27,395 nucleotides of DNA from a virus (IMGVR_UViG_3300046739_000137:1-27395); one strand, 5' to 3'. Shown: positions 9,179-16,575, counted from the stretch's first letter. Notes: generated from the letters alone by a model not told the origin. Numbers and translations: made by a program.

Positions 9179-9252
9179 AGCTCCGTTGTGATGAACGAGC
9201 TGTGTTGTGATCAGACGCCACCGGCCTCAGCCCCCGGTGGCGTTTGTTTTTT
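9179..9252 (+). ncRNA. Putative trans-acting antisense sRNA (~75 nt)
   Basis: Bounded by a promoter and an intrinsic terminator, with no credible ORF. The seed CTCCGTTGTGATGAAC (9181-9196) is complementary to five RBS-containing leaders in the window. Confidence 0.6.
9214..9252 (+). terminator. Intrinsic terminator ending the lysis/sRNA transcript
   Basis: ACGCCACCGG-loop-CCGGTGGCGT followed by TTGTTTTTT. Confidence 0.85.
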
Positions 9253-9266
9253 GACGTAGGTCAATG

Positions 9267-9288
9267 AAAAGCCGGCTTGCGCCGGCTT
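9267..9288 (-). terminator. Intrinsic terminator of the leftward operon
   Basis: Minus strand reads AAGCCGGC-GCAA-GCCGGCTTTT (GNRA loop). Confidence 0.7.
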
Positions 9289-9379
9289 GATGGTGTGAGC
9301 CCCCGCGGGCCTGATGGCACCCCTCGCGAGGGGCTGGCTGGCGGCCGCTTATTCGGGGACTAGCGGCCGCCAGTTGCAG

Positions 9380-9574
9380 TCAAGTCTCGCCGGGAATATT
9401 CCCGTGAGGCTCGTGCTCGCTGTTCCTGCGATTAACCCAGTTCTCGAGCGTGTTCTGGATCTCAGCAGCCAGGTCGTTGCGATCGACCTGGCTGTAAAAA
9501 ACAAACTCGTCAGCGAGGACGATTTCAGCCAACTTGCGGCAGTCGTCCTCGAACGGTTTTTTTTCAGCTCCCAT
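9380..9574 (-). CDS. Hypothetical protein
   Basis: 64 aa, ATG directly after the TAA of the upstream gene, AGGGGG RBS. Confidence 0.6.
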   Translation of the reverse strand: MGAEKKPFEDDCRKLAEIVLADEFVFYSQVDRNDLAAEIQNTLENWVNRRNSEHEPHGNIPGET

Positions 9575-9955
9575 TTATTTAGTCACCCCCTTTCTTGATA
9601 CTTTTTCGATGACCTCTTCCCAGCTGTCGCCTTCAGCTTTGACGAGGAAGAACATGCTCTCAGAGACACCAACGGTGATCTTGTGGCAGCGGGTGATGGA
9701 CGACAGCCGATCGGTCCTGTCGCTGGCGACGCGGTGTTCAGCAAACAGGCGTTGGTACTCCGCATCCGCCGCAATGATGGTCCGGTAGCGCTCGTCCTTT
9801 TGTTCTTTGAGCCTGCGGCGCTCCTCCACTGCTGCCGGCAACTCAGCTGCCGCCGCGGCCTTTTCTTCCTGTGTCGGCGCCTTGGTGTTGATGCGATAGC
9901 CCAGTTTCTTGCCAAGCAACTTGCCAAGCTTTTTGATAGCGACCGAGCGTTCCAC
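9575..9955 (-). CDS. Hypothetical coiled-coil protein
   Basis: Probable GTG start at 9955 (MERSVAIKKLGK...), just after the stop of the 57-aa gene. Confidence 0.65.
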   Translation of the reverse strand: MERSVAIKKLGKLLGKKLGYRINTKAPTQEEKAAAAAELPAAVEERRRLKEQKDERYRTIIAADAEYQRLFAEHRVASDRTDRLSSITRCHKITVGVSESMFFLVKAEGDSWEEVIEKVSRKGVTK

Positions 9956-9956
9956 G

Positions 9957-10130
9957 TTACTCGCCCTCGATGTCGAGATAGCGAACGACGTCAGCTGGCG
10001 TGTTGAACGGGATGCGACGACCCTCGTCGTCACGCACGTCCATGTGCGTCCAGCCGCCGGCAATGTGCAGGTCGTAGAACCAGCCCAGGCCGATAATTAG
10101 GCTCTCGTTGTAGGGTAGTGCTCGTGTCAT
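9957..10130 (-). CDS. 57-aa hypothetical protein, not in the ORF track
   Basis: MTRALPYNESLIIGLGWFYDLHIAGGWTHMDVRDDEGRRIPFNTPADVVRYLDIEGE. AAGGAG lies 7 nt upstream, and it is the first gene after a consensus promoter. Confidence 0.75.
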   Translation of the reverse strand: MTRALPYNESLIIGLGWFYDLHIAGGWTHMDVRDDEGRRIPFNTPADVVRYLDIEGE

Positions 10131-10159
10131 TGATCAGCTCCTTGTGATGAACAGGAGCA

Positions 10160-10188
10160 ATATAGGACAGTCTGGCAGCCTTGTCAAG
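10160..10188 (-). promoter_or_regulatory. Consensus alphaproteobacterial sigma70 promoter with an operator-like spacer
   Basis: CTTGAC-aaggctgccagactgtc(17)-CTATAT, nearly identical to the promoter at 21350-21378. Confidence 0.85.
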
Positions 10189-10193
10189 CGGTC

Positions 10194-10382
10194 CTATCTG
10201 TAGAGTTTCTGCGCCCGCTGATAGGCGTAGAGCGCGTCTTCCCTGGTCTTGTAATGACCCAGCGCCATGTTGCGGCCGTCGACGTAAATACGGCTCTTCC
10301 AATACTTGTAAATGCGCCGCCGGCCGGATCGCGTCGTATACTTGACCGTGACTTGGGTAACGCCAGCAGCTCTGCGCGGCAT
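10194..10382 (-). CDS. Stand-alone AP2-like DNA-binding domain protein
   Basis: AAGGAG RBS before ATG 10382. Sequence YWKSRIYVDGRNMALGHYKTREDALYAY matches the AP2 pattern. Confidence 0.7.
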   Translation of the reverse strand: MPRRAAGVTQVTVKYTTRSGRRRIYKYWKSRIYVDGRNMALGHYKTREDALYAYQRAQKLYR

Positions 10383-10440
10383 TCGTCTCTCCTTAATCCC
10401 TGGCGCGGGTGCCAAACGCCGCGCCAGGGTACTCGTTACG

Positions 10441-11208
10441 CTACGCTACAGTCATATCCTGACTGAGTTGCTTCTTGCGCTTGCGCATCAGCATGGCTAG
10501 TCCGCCCATGCCGGCGCCGAACAACCATACGGTTGCCGGCAACGGAACCTCTGATGGTGCTGCAAGCGGCTGGATGAAGAAGCTGTCAGGACCGTCGTTC
10601 GCGTTCTGGATGTTGGCAAAGAAGATCAGTTGGTCGCCCGCATGAATGTCCTGACCGATGGTGATGTTGAACTCACCCAGCGTATAGTCAGGAAACCCCG
10701 TGCCGTTGTTCTGCGTCGCGATGTTGCCGGTCGTCCCGCCGGTAAATGCTGACAACACGGTATGCGTTGTGAGGTTGAGCAGGAAGAACGACGACAGCGT
10801 CTGCGGGTTGTTGGCATCGTTGGCGTCGATACCGATCGTGAACGTCAATGTCGGATCACCAGTTGCGAGCAGATAAGCCCGCAAGAACGAACCGTCATAG
10901 CCGGTACCGACAGTGTTGGTGCCGGGATTGCCGCCACCGATCACGTTGGTCGAGAAGTACACCTCGCTGGTTTGATTACCGGCGTTGCCAAAGTTGGTGT
11001 AGCCGAAGGTGTTCGATTGCTGCGGCTGGTTGGCGCCGCAGATAATGCACTGGATGTTCTGTGGCTGGTTGCCGCCCGGCACAACCGGAGACAGGACGAG
11101 ATTGTCCACTCCGTTGAAGGACCAGTTCGTCCCTCCAAGCGTAATGTCAGCTTTCGCAGCCGTCGCAGCCAGCATGGCCACGGCAGCGAGTAGTAAGACT
11201 TTCTTCAT
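10441..11208 (-). CDS. Secreted VPLPA-CTERM (PEP-CTERM-type) surface protein
   Basis: Signal peptide MKKVLLLAAVAMLAATAAKA, N/T/G-rich body, C-terminal VPLPATVWLFGAGMGGLAMLM followed by RKRKK. Confidence 0.9.
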   Translation of the reverse strand: MKKVLLLAAVAMLAATAAKADITLGGTNWSFNGVDNLVLSPVVPGGNQPQNIQCIICGANQPQQSNTFGYTNFGNAGNQTSEVYFSTNVIGGGNPGTNTVGTGYDGSFLRAYLLATGDPTLTFTIGIDANDANNPQTLSSFFLLNLTTHTVLSAFTGGTTGNIATQNNGTGFPDYTLGEFNITIGQDIHAGDQLIFFANIQNANDGPDSFFIQPLAAPSEVPLPATVWLFGAGMGGLAMLMRKRKKQLSQDMTVA

Positions 11209-11501
11209 GTAGTTTCCTCTGTACGGTTGGTCCCCTTGGGTGGCGATTGTTCCGGCCCGCCTCCCATTTGCCGGACGAACGTATCTCCGTTCTCGTTTGC
11301 CACCCCAAGAATTGGAGACGCGGTAATTGGCTCAAAACTAATTCCACCGTCAGCTTTCACCTGCTCGATGACGATCTCGCGCATGCGCTTAACCTGCGGG
11401 TGAAACCGCCACGGCCAGTAGCCGTAGAGCAGGCGCATGCTGACAAACATCACCACAATGATGACAGCCGCTATCGCAACCATGTCGATGTCTGGTTTCA
11501 T
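11205..11501 (-). CDS. Hypothetical membrane protein
   Basis: N-terminal TM helix and ATGA overlap with the downstream gene. Confidence 0.6.
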   Translation of the reverse strand: MKPDIDMVAIAAVIIVVMFVSMRLLYGYWPWRFHPQVKRMREIVIEQVKADGGISFEPITASPILGVANENGDTFVRQMGGGPEQSPPKGTNRTEETT

Positions 11502-11504
11502 TTT

Positions 11505-11759
11505 CTAGCCAACAAGTAACCCTGCGCGGCCGCAGCCACCAGGAAGGGGTTTGTTGCCTCGGTATTGGACATCGCCAACCATTAAGATTTTTGGACGATG
11601 TTCGTATGCCATTTTTTTAACTGCGTTGTAGAACTCAAGGGCAAACTGTCCGTCATTCCCCGGAGGCCAACTAAACCAGCTAACAATTTTAACAAGCTCG
11701 GTACGCTCGTCATTTGAGAGACTGTTCCAGTCTGGCAGCGTAATGTGATCCAAAGCCAT
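11505..11759 (-). CDS. Hypothetical protein
   Basis: AGGAG RBS, TGATG coupling, locally lower GC. Confidence 0.65.
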   Translation of the reverse strand: MALDHITLPDWNSLSNDERTELVKIVSWFSWPPGNDGQFALEFYNAVKKMAYEHRPKILMVGDVQYRGNKPLPGGCGRAGLLVG

Positions 11760-11917
11760 CAGTTATCTCCTGTAGGGCCATTAAGTTCTTTGCGTAGCTT
11801 TTTGATCTTGCGCGCAGCCTTTCGCATTAAGTCCATTATGTACTCGGGATTTCCAGATAACGCGGCACCGATTCCGGCCCCGCGTTGCAGTTCCTCGATT
11901 AATTCGTTCTCAGTCAT
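11759..11917 (-). CDS. 52-aa hypothetical protein, not in the ORF track
   Basis: MTENELIEELQRGAGIGAALSGNPEYIMDLMRKAARKIKKLRKELNGPTGDN. Fills the gap between neighbours and its stop overlaps the next start. Confidence 0.6.
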   Translation of the reverse strand: MTENELIEELQRGAGIGAALSGNPEYIMDLMRKAARKIKKLRKELNGPTGDN

Positions 11918-11927
11918 TGTGCGGCGG

Positions 11928-12383
11928 TTAGTGTCCCAGCGGCGCTACACGCTCGCGCCATGGCGCAAACGATGGTGGATCGACATCGAGGTCCACGACC
12001 AACGGCCACCGCGTCATCGCTTCTGGCTGCAGCATGGCAACGACCGTGCCGCCTCCCGGCATGAGATCTGGATAAGCCACGGTCGGGCCGTGGGCGACGA
12101 TTGCTTTCTGAACAAGCGCACCATCCGGCTCCAGCTTGGGCCGGTGCAGTGGCAGGCGATCGGCCTTAGGGGTCGCCCGCATCGAGCGGTTATCCCAGCA
12201 ATGCCGCGCGCTATGCCAATACAAATGGCTTGTCTGATACTTGGCGCGCGCCTCTGCCTTGGTGAGACAGGCGCGATCGATATCGGCGCCCATCGCCTTC
12301 CAGACGGCAAAGAAACTGATGGCGGTCGCCAGCGCCAGAACGAGCGCGACGTAGAGCAGGATGCGATCGTCTGGCTTGGTCAT
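11928..12383 (-). CDS. Membrane-anchored hypothetical protein (start uncertain: 12383 or 12503)
   Basis: TM segment ILLYVALVLALATAISFFAVW, then CLTKAEAR...HLYWH...HCW. Confidence 0.6.
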   Translation of the reverse strand: MTKPDDRILLYVALVLALATAISFFAVWKAMGADIDRACLTKAEARAKYQTSHLYWHSARHCWDNRSMRATPKADRLPLHRPKLEPDGALVQKAIVAHGPTVAYPDLMPGGGTVVAMLQPEAMTRWPLVVDLDVDPPSFAPWRERVAPLGH

Positions 12384-12429
12384 GCTGAACGCGGCATCCA
12401 TCTCCGCATCCATGCGCTTGCAATCGCAG

Positions 12430-12630
12430 TCATCTGGCACGGGGCATGGCATTCCTGGGCGCAGGCCGCGGCACCGTGGAACGTCGGGGGGCAGGGGTTT
12501 CATCTTTCACCATCATCATCACGTCGTTGATATGCGACAGGATCAGGTCGCGATCTTTTTGGAAGCTGTCCCAGTAGTGCATGACGAACAGCGTCCACAG
12601 TTCGTCGCGATCAATCAGGCGCTTTGTCAC
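12430..12630 (-). CDS. Hypothetical protein
   Basis: GTG start overlapping the end of the upstream gene, AGGGA RBS. Confidence 0.45.
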   Translation of the reverse strand: MTKRLIDRDELWTLFVMHYWDSFQKDRDLILSHINDVMMMVKDETPAPRRSTVPRPAPRNAMPRAR

Positions 12631-13012
12631 TAATTTTTTCCCTGATGTGCGGGCCGGCCGGAATGCCGCGCGCGCGCATCATGGCGCTGACATCGATGAA
12701 CAGTCCTTCCCAGCTGGCAGAGACCGCAATGGCGTCATCCCGCTCGTGCTGGTAGGAGGCGATGCGCGACTGCGAAGCGGACAACTCAGCGCGCAGGCCT
12801 TCGATCTCGATGCGCGCGACGGTGAGCATCTGCTCTTGCTTGTTCGCCAGGGTACGCGCCTCGTCGCGCTCGAGCTGCAGCCGCTGATAGCTGGCGACGT
12901 GATGCTCGACCGCGGTCTTGACCGCCAGTTCTTCCGGTGTGGGTTGTAAGGGTGGCGGTGGTGCCGGCGGTTTGCCGTTGCGGCGTAATTCTCTCAACGT
13001 AGCGTCAGTCAT
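12611..13012 (-). CDS. Hypothetical coiled-coil protein
   Basis: GGAGG RBS and heptad-rich centre; first gene of the leftward cluster. Confidence 0.7.
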   Translation of the reverse strand: MTDATLRELRRNGKPPAPPPPLQPTPEELAVKTAVEHHVASYQRLQLERDEARTLANKQEQMLTVARIEIEGLRAELSASQSRIASYQHERDDAIAVSASWEGLFIDVSAMMRARGIPAGPHIREKISDKAPD

Positions 13013-13096
13013 TCAGCCCTCCATTTATGTTTGGACAATCACACGTTTTGGACTAACGTGCAAGGGCAACAAAAACACTTAGCCGGGGTACCCCTC

Positions 13097-13513
13097 ATGT
13101 CGAACTGGACACCGCCCGTGATAAACCGATTTAGCAAGCTCATGCAGGACGCTAGCCTCGCTTTCTCCGACATCGCCAGCCGGTTATCGGCCGAATTCGG
13201 CATTCCTTTCACCCGCAGCGCTATCATTGGCCGTGCCAACAGAGAGGGCATGTCCCGCCCTACCGTGCGCTTGCGGCCGCAACGGCGAAAGAAAACCGCT
13301 GTGCAGATCGCCAGGACCAAGCCGCCGCGAAACGTCAGGGAGGCGTTGCCGAGTGGCGCCTACCTGCTCGAGAAGCTGGGCCCCGGCGACTGCCGATGGC
13401 CGACCGGAGATCGGTCGCCGTTTACATTCTGCGGCGCCGCCGTTGTCGAAGACAAGCCCTATTGCCGGCATCACGCACAGATGGCGTATCAAAATTGGCA
13501 GCGACGCCTGTGA
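13097..13513 (+). CDS. gcrA: GcrA-family transcriptional regulator
   Basis: N-terminal NWT...SDIASRL...TRSAIIGRANR helix-turn-helix and C-terminal CRWPTGD...FTFCG...PYCRHHAQMAY motif. Confidence 0.85.
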   Translation: MSNWTPPVINRFSKLMQDASLAFSDIASRLSAEFGIPFTRSAIIGRANREGMSRPTVRLRPQRRKKTAVQIARTKPPRNVREALPSGAYLLEKLGPGDCRWPTGDRSPFTFCGAAVVEDKPYCRHHAQMAYQNWQRRL

Positions 13514-13875
13514 AGCCGGGCGAGTATCGCTCGCTCGCCGACGAGCACCTGATCCAAGCGGCAATCCTCAACTACCTGTACTACAACGCCGCGCCAAACG
13601 TGTTCGCAGTCGCCATCCCCAACGCCGGCAAGCGCAGTGGCCGCATGGGCGCCAGGATGAAAGAGGAAGGGCTTACGCCCGGTGCGGCCGACCTCTGTGT
13701 CCTGCTGCCGGGTGGCAAATGCGCGTGGATGGAGACGAAGACCGCCAAGGGGCGGCAGTCGGACAACCAGAAAGGATTTGAGGCGCGATGCCAAAGATTA
13801 GGCCACCGCTACACCATCGTGCGAACGCTACAAGAAGCGATCGGCTTCCTGCTGACGATCGGCGCGCTAAAGTAA
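13510..13875 (+). CDS. VRR-NUC domain nuclease (resolvase-like)
   Basis: GTGA overlap. Motifs EHLIQ, AIPNAG, GLTPGAADL, METKTAKGRQSDNQ. Confidence 0.85.
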   Translation: MKPGEYRSLADEHLIQAAILNYLYYNAAPNVFAVAIPNAGKRSGRMGARMKEEGLTPGAADLCVLLPGGKCAWMETKTAKGRQSDNQKGFEARCQRLGHRYTIVRTLQEAIGFLLTIGALK

Positions 13876-14048
13876 GCCTCGAAACAATTCCTATCGCGCA
13901 GTTACGCGAGGCGGCACAAGCTTGGCGCCTCGAGGACGTGCGACCAAGTTGGACCGGCCTGCGCGTAATCGAACACAACAAATCGCTGCACGATCGCATC
14001 GATGACCTGGTCGACGAGGTTGAGAGGCTGCGTGACAAATCCGTTTGA
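13872..14048 (+). CDS. Possible short coiled-coil protein without a canonical start
   Basis: Protein-like frame (SLETIPIAQLREAAQAW...RIDDLVDEVERLR) fills the gap, but the overlap reads GTAA rather than GTGA/ATGA. Confidence 0.35.
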   Translation, partial: VSLETIPIAQLREAAQAWRLEDVRPSWTGLRVIEHNKSLHDRIDDLVDEVERLRDKSV

Positions 14049-14511
14049 AGCACAAGGCCTGCGCCAGGTTGTTGCCGCCACCAAGGCAAAGTATCGCGCC
14101 GCAGAAAAGCGCGCGGCGAAGGCGCCGATGGTGCCGACGCCGGCAGAAAAGAAGATGGCTGACCAGTACAAGCAAGTGCGCCACTACTACCGGTGGAAGC
14201 GATCGCTGATCAGGACACAACTAATGGGCCAGCAAAAAGAGCAGTGGAAAACATTGACGCGATTGCTGCGCACGATGACGATCGAAGACAGCGACAAGCT
14301 CATCAGCTATGTGCGCGGCGCCGCGTGGATCCACGATTTGGACGCCGAGGCCAAGCATGTCCTGCTGAGTGTCGTTGCGTCCGCCATCGTTCGCCTGCGT
14401 ATCGTCAACGGCTACGAGCCGTACGATGACGGCATCCCTGGCGAAGGGCCGACGGCGTTCATTACGATCCGCGACATGTTGACAAGGCAGACGACCCGGC
14501 AGAAGCTTTAA
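14032..14511 (+). CDS. Hypothetical protein
   Basis: GAGG before GTG 14032; typical codon usage. Confidence 0.65.
   Translation: MTNPFEAQGLRQVVAATKAKYRAAEKRAAKAPMVPTPAEKKMADQYKQVRHYYRWKRSLIRTQLMGQQKEQWKTLTRLLRTMTIEDSDKLISYVRGAAWIHDLDAEAKHVLLSVVASAIVRLRIVNGYEPYDDGIPGEGPTAFITIRDMLTRQTTRQKL
14479..14507 (+). promoter_or_regulatory. Putative promoter for the exonuclease gene
   Basis: TTGACA-17-GAAGCT. Shares TTGACAAGGC with the 10188 promoter and is followed by the leader motif. Confidence 0.45.
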
Positions 14512-14534
14512 TCGTTCATCACAAGGGAAATCTC

Positions 14535-15590
14535 ATGATCATATCCGATGCCCTGCATGCGTACGCCAACGCGACGCAGCCGGTGTTCTCCAAGGACGAT
14601 CGCGCGTCGACCGTCGGCGCCTCCGAGATTGGCCAGTGCATTCGCAAGATCTTCTGGACGAAGAACGAGGACGACAAGCGCCTGGCGGTGCCGCGCGACG
14701 AAGGCTTTGTCGACAGCTGGGGCGCACGGCGGCGCGGGACGGCGTTCGAGCAGCACTTCTGGGTGCCGGCGATGCGCAAGCGTTTCGGCAAGCGATTGAA
14801 ATTTGCCGGCAAGTCGCAGCGCACGTTTACCAAAGATTATTTATCGGCCACGCCAGACGCATTGATCGTCAACCTCAATGAGCGCGAGCGCGAAGAGATC
14901 GCCATCGATTGCGGCACCAGCGTCACGGCTGAATGCAAGACCGCAGATCCGCGCTCGAACCTGACAAACGCTAAGGCCGAAAACGTCTACCAGACGATCG
15001 TCCAGCTGGGACTGATCCGCGATACGACGCACTACCAGCCGACGCATGCGCTGCTCTCCTACACCGACGCCTCGTTCTGGTCGGAGGGTAAAGAATTCGT
15101 GGTGCCGTTCGACCAGGACATCTACGAGGCGGCGCACTGGCGCGCGACGGTGATCATGACCGATACGACGCTCGAGCGCATCCCGCCCGAGGGCTGGATC
15201 GCCGGCGGCCACGAATGCAAGTACTGCCCGTTCACCAAGGCCTGCGGCATCGAGCGGCGCAATTTGCCGTTCACCGATGACGAAAAGCCGCTCGATAGGC
15301 AGTTCGTCGCTGAGATCACAGACATGGCGCAAGTCATCAAGTCCGCGGAAGGAAGCCGCGACGCCTGCGACGCGCTGATGCGGACCACACAAGACGCCAT
15401 GAAAAACCGCCTGCGCGAGAAAGGCATCCGCAAGGTGCCTGGTGTTGTTGCCTGGACAAATGTGAAGGGGCGCGAGAGCTACGACAACAAGGCGATCCGC
15501 GAGGCGGCCGCCAAGGCTGGCGTCGATGTCGAGCAGTATCAAACAGTGGGAGAACCAACAGATCGGCTGACGATTTCGGTCAGCACATGA
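14535..15590 (+). CDS. Cas4-like PD-(D/E)xK exonuclease with 4-Cys cluster
   Basis: ASEIGQC, ATPD, ECKT, Q..VQ and CKYCPFTKAC give a 1+3 Cys arrangement around the nuclease core. Confidence 0.8.
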   Translation: MIISDALHAYANATQPVFSKDDRASTVGASEIGQCIRKIFWTKNEDDKRLAVPRDEGFVDSWGARRRGTAFEQHFWVPAMRKRFGKRLKFAGKSQRTFTKDYLSATPDALIVNLNEREREEIAIDCGTSVTAECKTADPRSNLTNAKAENVYQTIVQLGLIRDTTHYQPTHALLSYTDASFWSEGKEFVVPFDQDIYEAAHWRATVIMTDTTLERIPPEGWIAGGHECKYCPFTKACGIERRNLPFTDDEKPLDRQFVAEITDMAQVIKSAEGSRDACDALMRTTQDAMKNRLREKGIRKVPGVVAWTNVKGRESYDNKAIREAAAKAGVDVEQYQTVGEPTDRLTISVST

Positions 15591-15638
15591 AAACGGAGGA
15601 AAGCCTTGGCCATCGCGCCTTGGACGCGAGCAGCTCTG

Positions 15639-15745
15639 CCGAATGCAAAGCATCTGCTCCTACGATGTGCCCGACAACCTTGCATTCTTGGGGTCATCCC
15701 TCCGTCTAGGGGTGCCGGTGGGTTCAAGTCCCACTGCACCCCGCA
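15639..15745 (+). ncRNA. Structured intergenic RNA ending in a tRNA-like T-arm/acceptor helix
   Basis: GGGGTGC-C-GGTGGG-TTCAAGT-CCCACT-GCACCCC (15709-15742). Upstream stem GAATGCAA/TTGCATTC. Confidence 0.45.
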
Positions 15746-15795
15746 CTACCTCGCCAACATTCGTTGGCGAGAAAACACAACAGAGGAATAAAACA

Positions 15796-16575
15796 ATGAA
15801 CGAACTTTTGAAAAAGAACGGAAGCACAGATGTTGCGACAACTGGGCTGAACTTCTTTCAACAATACGGCGAAGCAACCCGACAGACGGCGATCGTCGGG
15901 CAACTGCTGAAGTTTTCCAAGGGCGATTGGACGGCCGGCCAGGACGACATGCCGATCGAGGAGGGAACGCAGTTGATCGCCAACATGGACGAGCTGCTGG
16001 TTGGCTGGGTGCGCTGGTCGCAGAACAAGCCAACCGATCACGTCATGGGCAAGGTCGTTACTGGCTACCAGCCGCCGCGGCGCAATGAGCTGGGCGACAA
16101 TGATCAGGACCAATGGGAAGTCGGCGACGACGGCATTAGCCGGGATCCCTGGCAGCTTACCAACTACCTGCTGCTGCAAGGATCGGAGGACGATCTCTAC
16201 ACCTTCACCACCTCGAGCAAAGGCGGCATCAATGCCGTCGGCGACCTGTGCGTGAAGTACGGCAAGCTGCTGCGCCAGCACCCCAACGACTACCCGGTGA
16301 TCAAGATCGGCACCGGCTCGTACATGCACCAGAACAAGTCGTACGGCCGCATCAAGTACCCGACGTTCGAGATTGTCGGGTGGGTGAAAAAGTCGGCGTT
16401 CGTGGAGACGGCCAGCGACGAACGGACAGCCAACGAGGTGAGCGAACCTGATGCGCCGTTCGACACGCCCGAGACGGTCGAGAAAAAAGCAAAGCAGGCA
16501 AAAAAGGTCATGACTGCTGCCGCAGTTGCCGCCAAGGCGCAGCCGGCGAAGGGTAAGACCAAGCCGCGGTTCTAA
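15796..16575 (+). CDS. Putative single-stranded DNA-binding protein
   Basis: GAGG RBS before ATG 15796. Motifs LLKFSKGDW, GWVRW, DPWQ, PTFEIVGWV and a low-complexity tail ending in F. Lies between exonuclease and primase. Confidence 0.55.
   Translation: MNELLKKNGSTDVATTGLNFFQQYGEATRQTAIVGQLLKFSKGDWTAGQDDMPIEEGTQLIANMDELLVGWVRWSQNKPTDHVMGKVVTGYQPPRRNELGDNDQDQWEVGDDGISRDPWQLTNYLLLQGSEDDLYTFTTSSKGGINAVGDLCVKYGKLLRQHPNDYPVIKIGTGSYMHQNKSYGRIKYPTFEIVGWVKKSAFVETASDERTANEVSEPDAPFDTPETVEKKAKQAKKVMTAAAVAAKAQPAKGKTKPRF

Noticed and set aside
11745-12530. 261-aa plus-strand ORF
   Set aside because: Antisense shadow of a coupled minus-strand gene chain, with non-protein-like composition.
15690-15745. 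Functional tRNA gene
   Set aside because: Only the T-arm and an acceptor-like helix are present. There is no D arm, 7-nt anticodon loop or CCA.
15643-15795. N-terminal extension of the SSB-like ORF
   Set aside because: The RBS supports ATG 15796, and the upstream part is the structured spacer.
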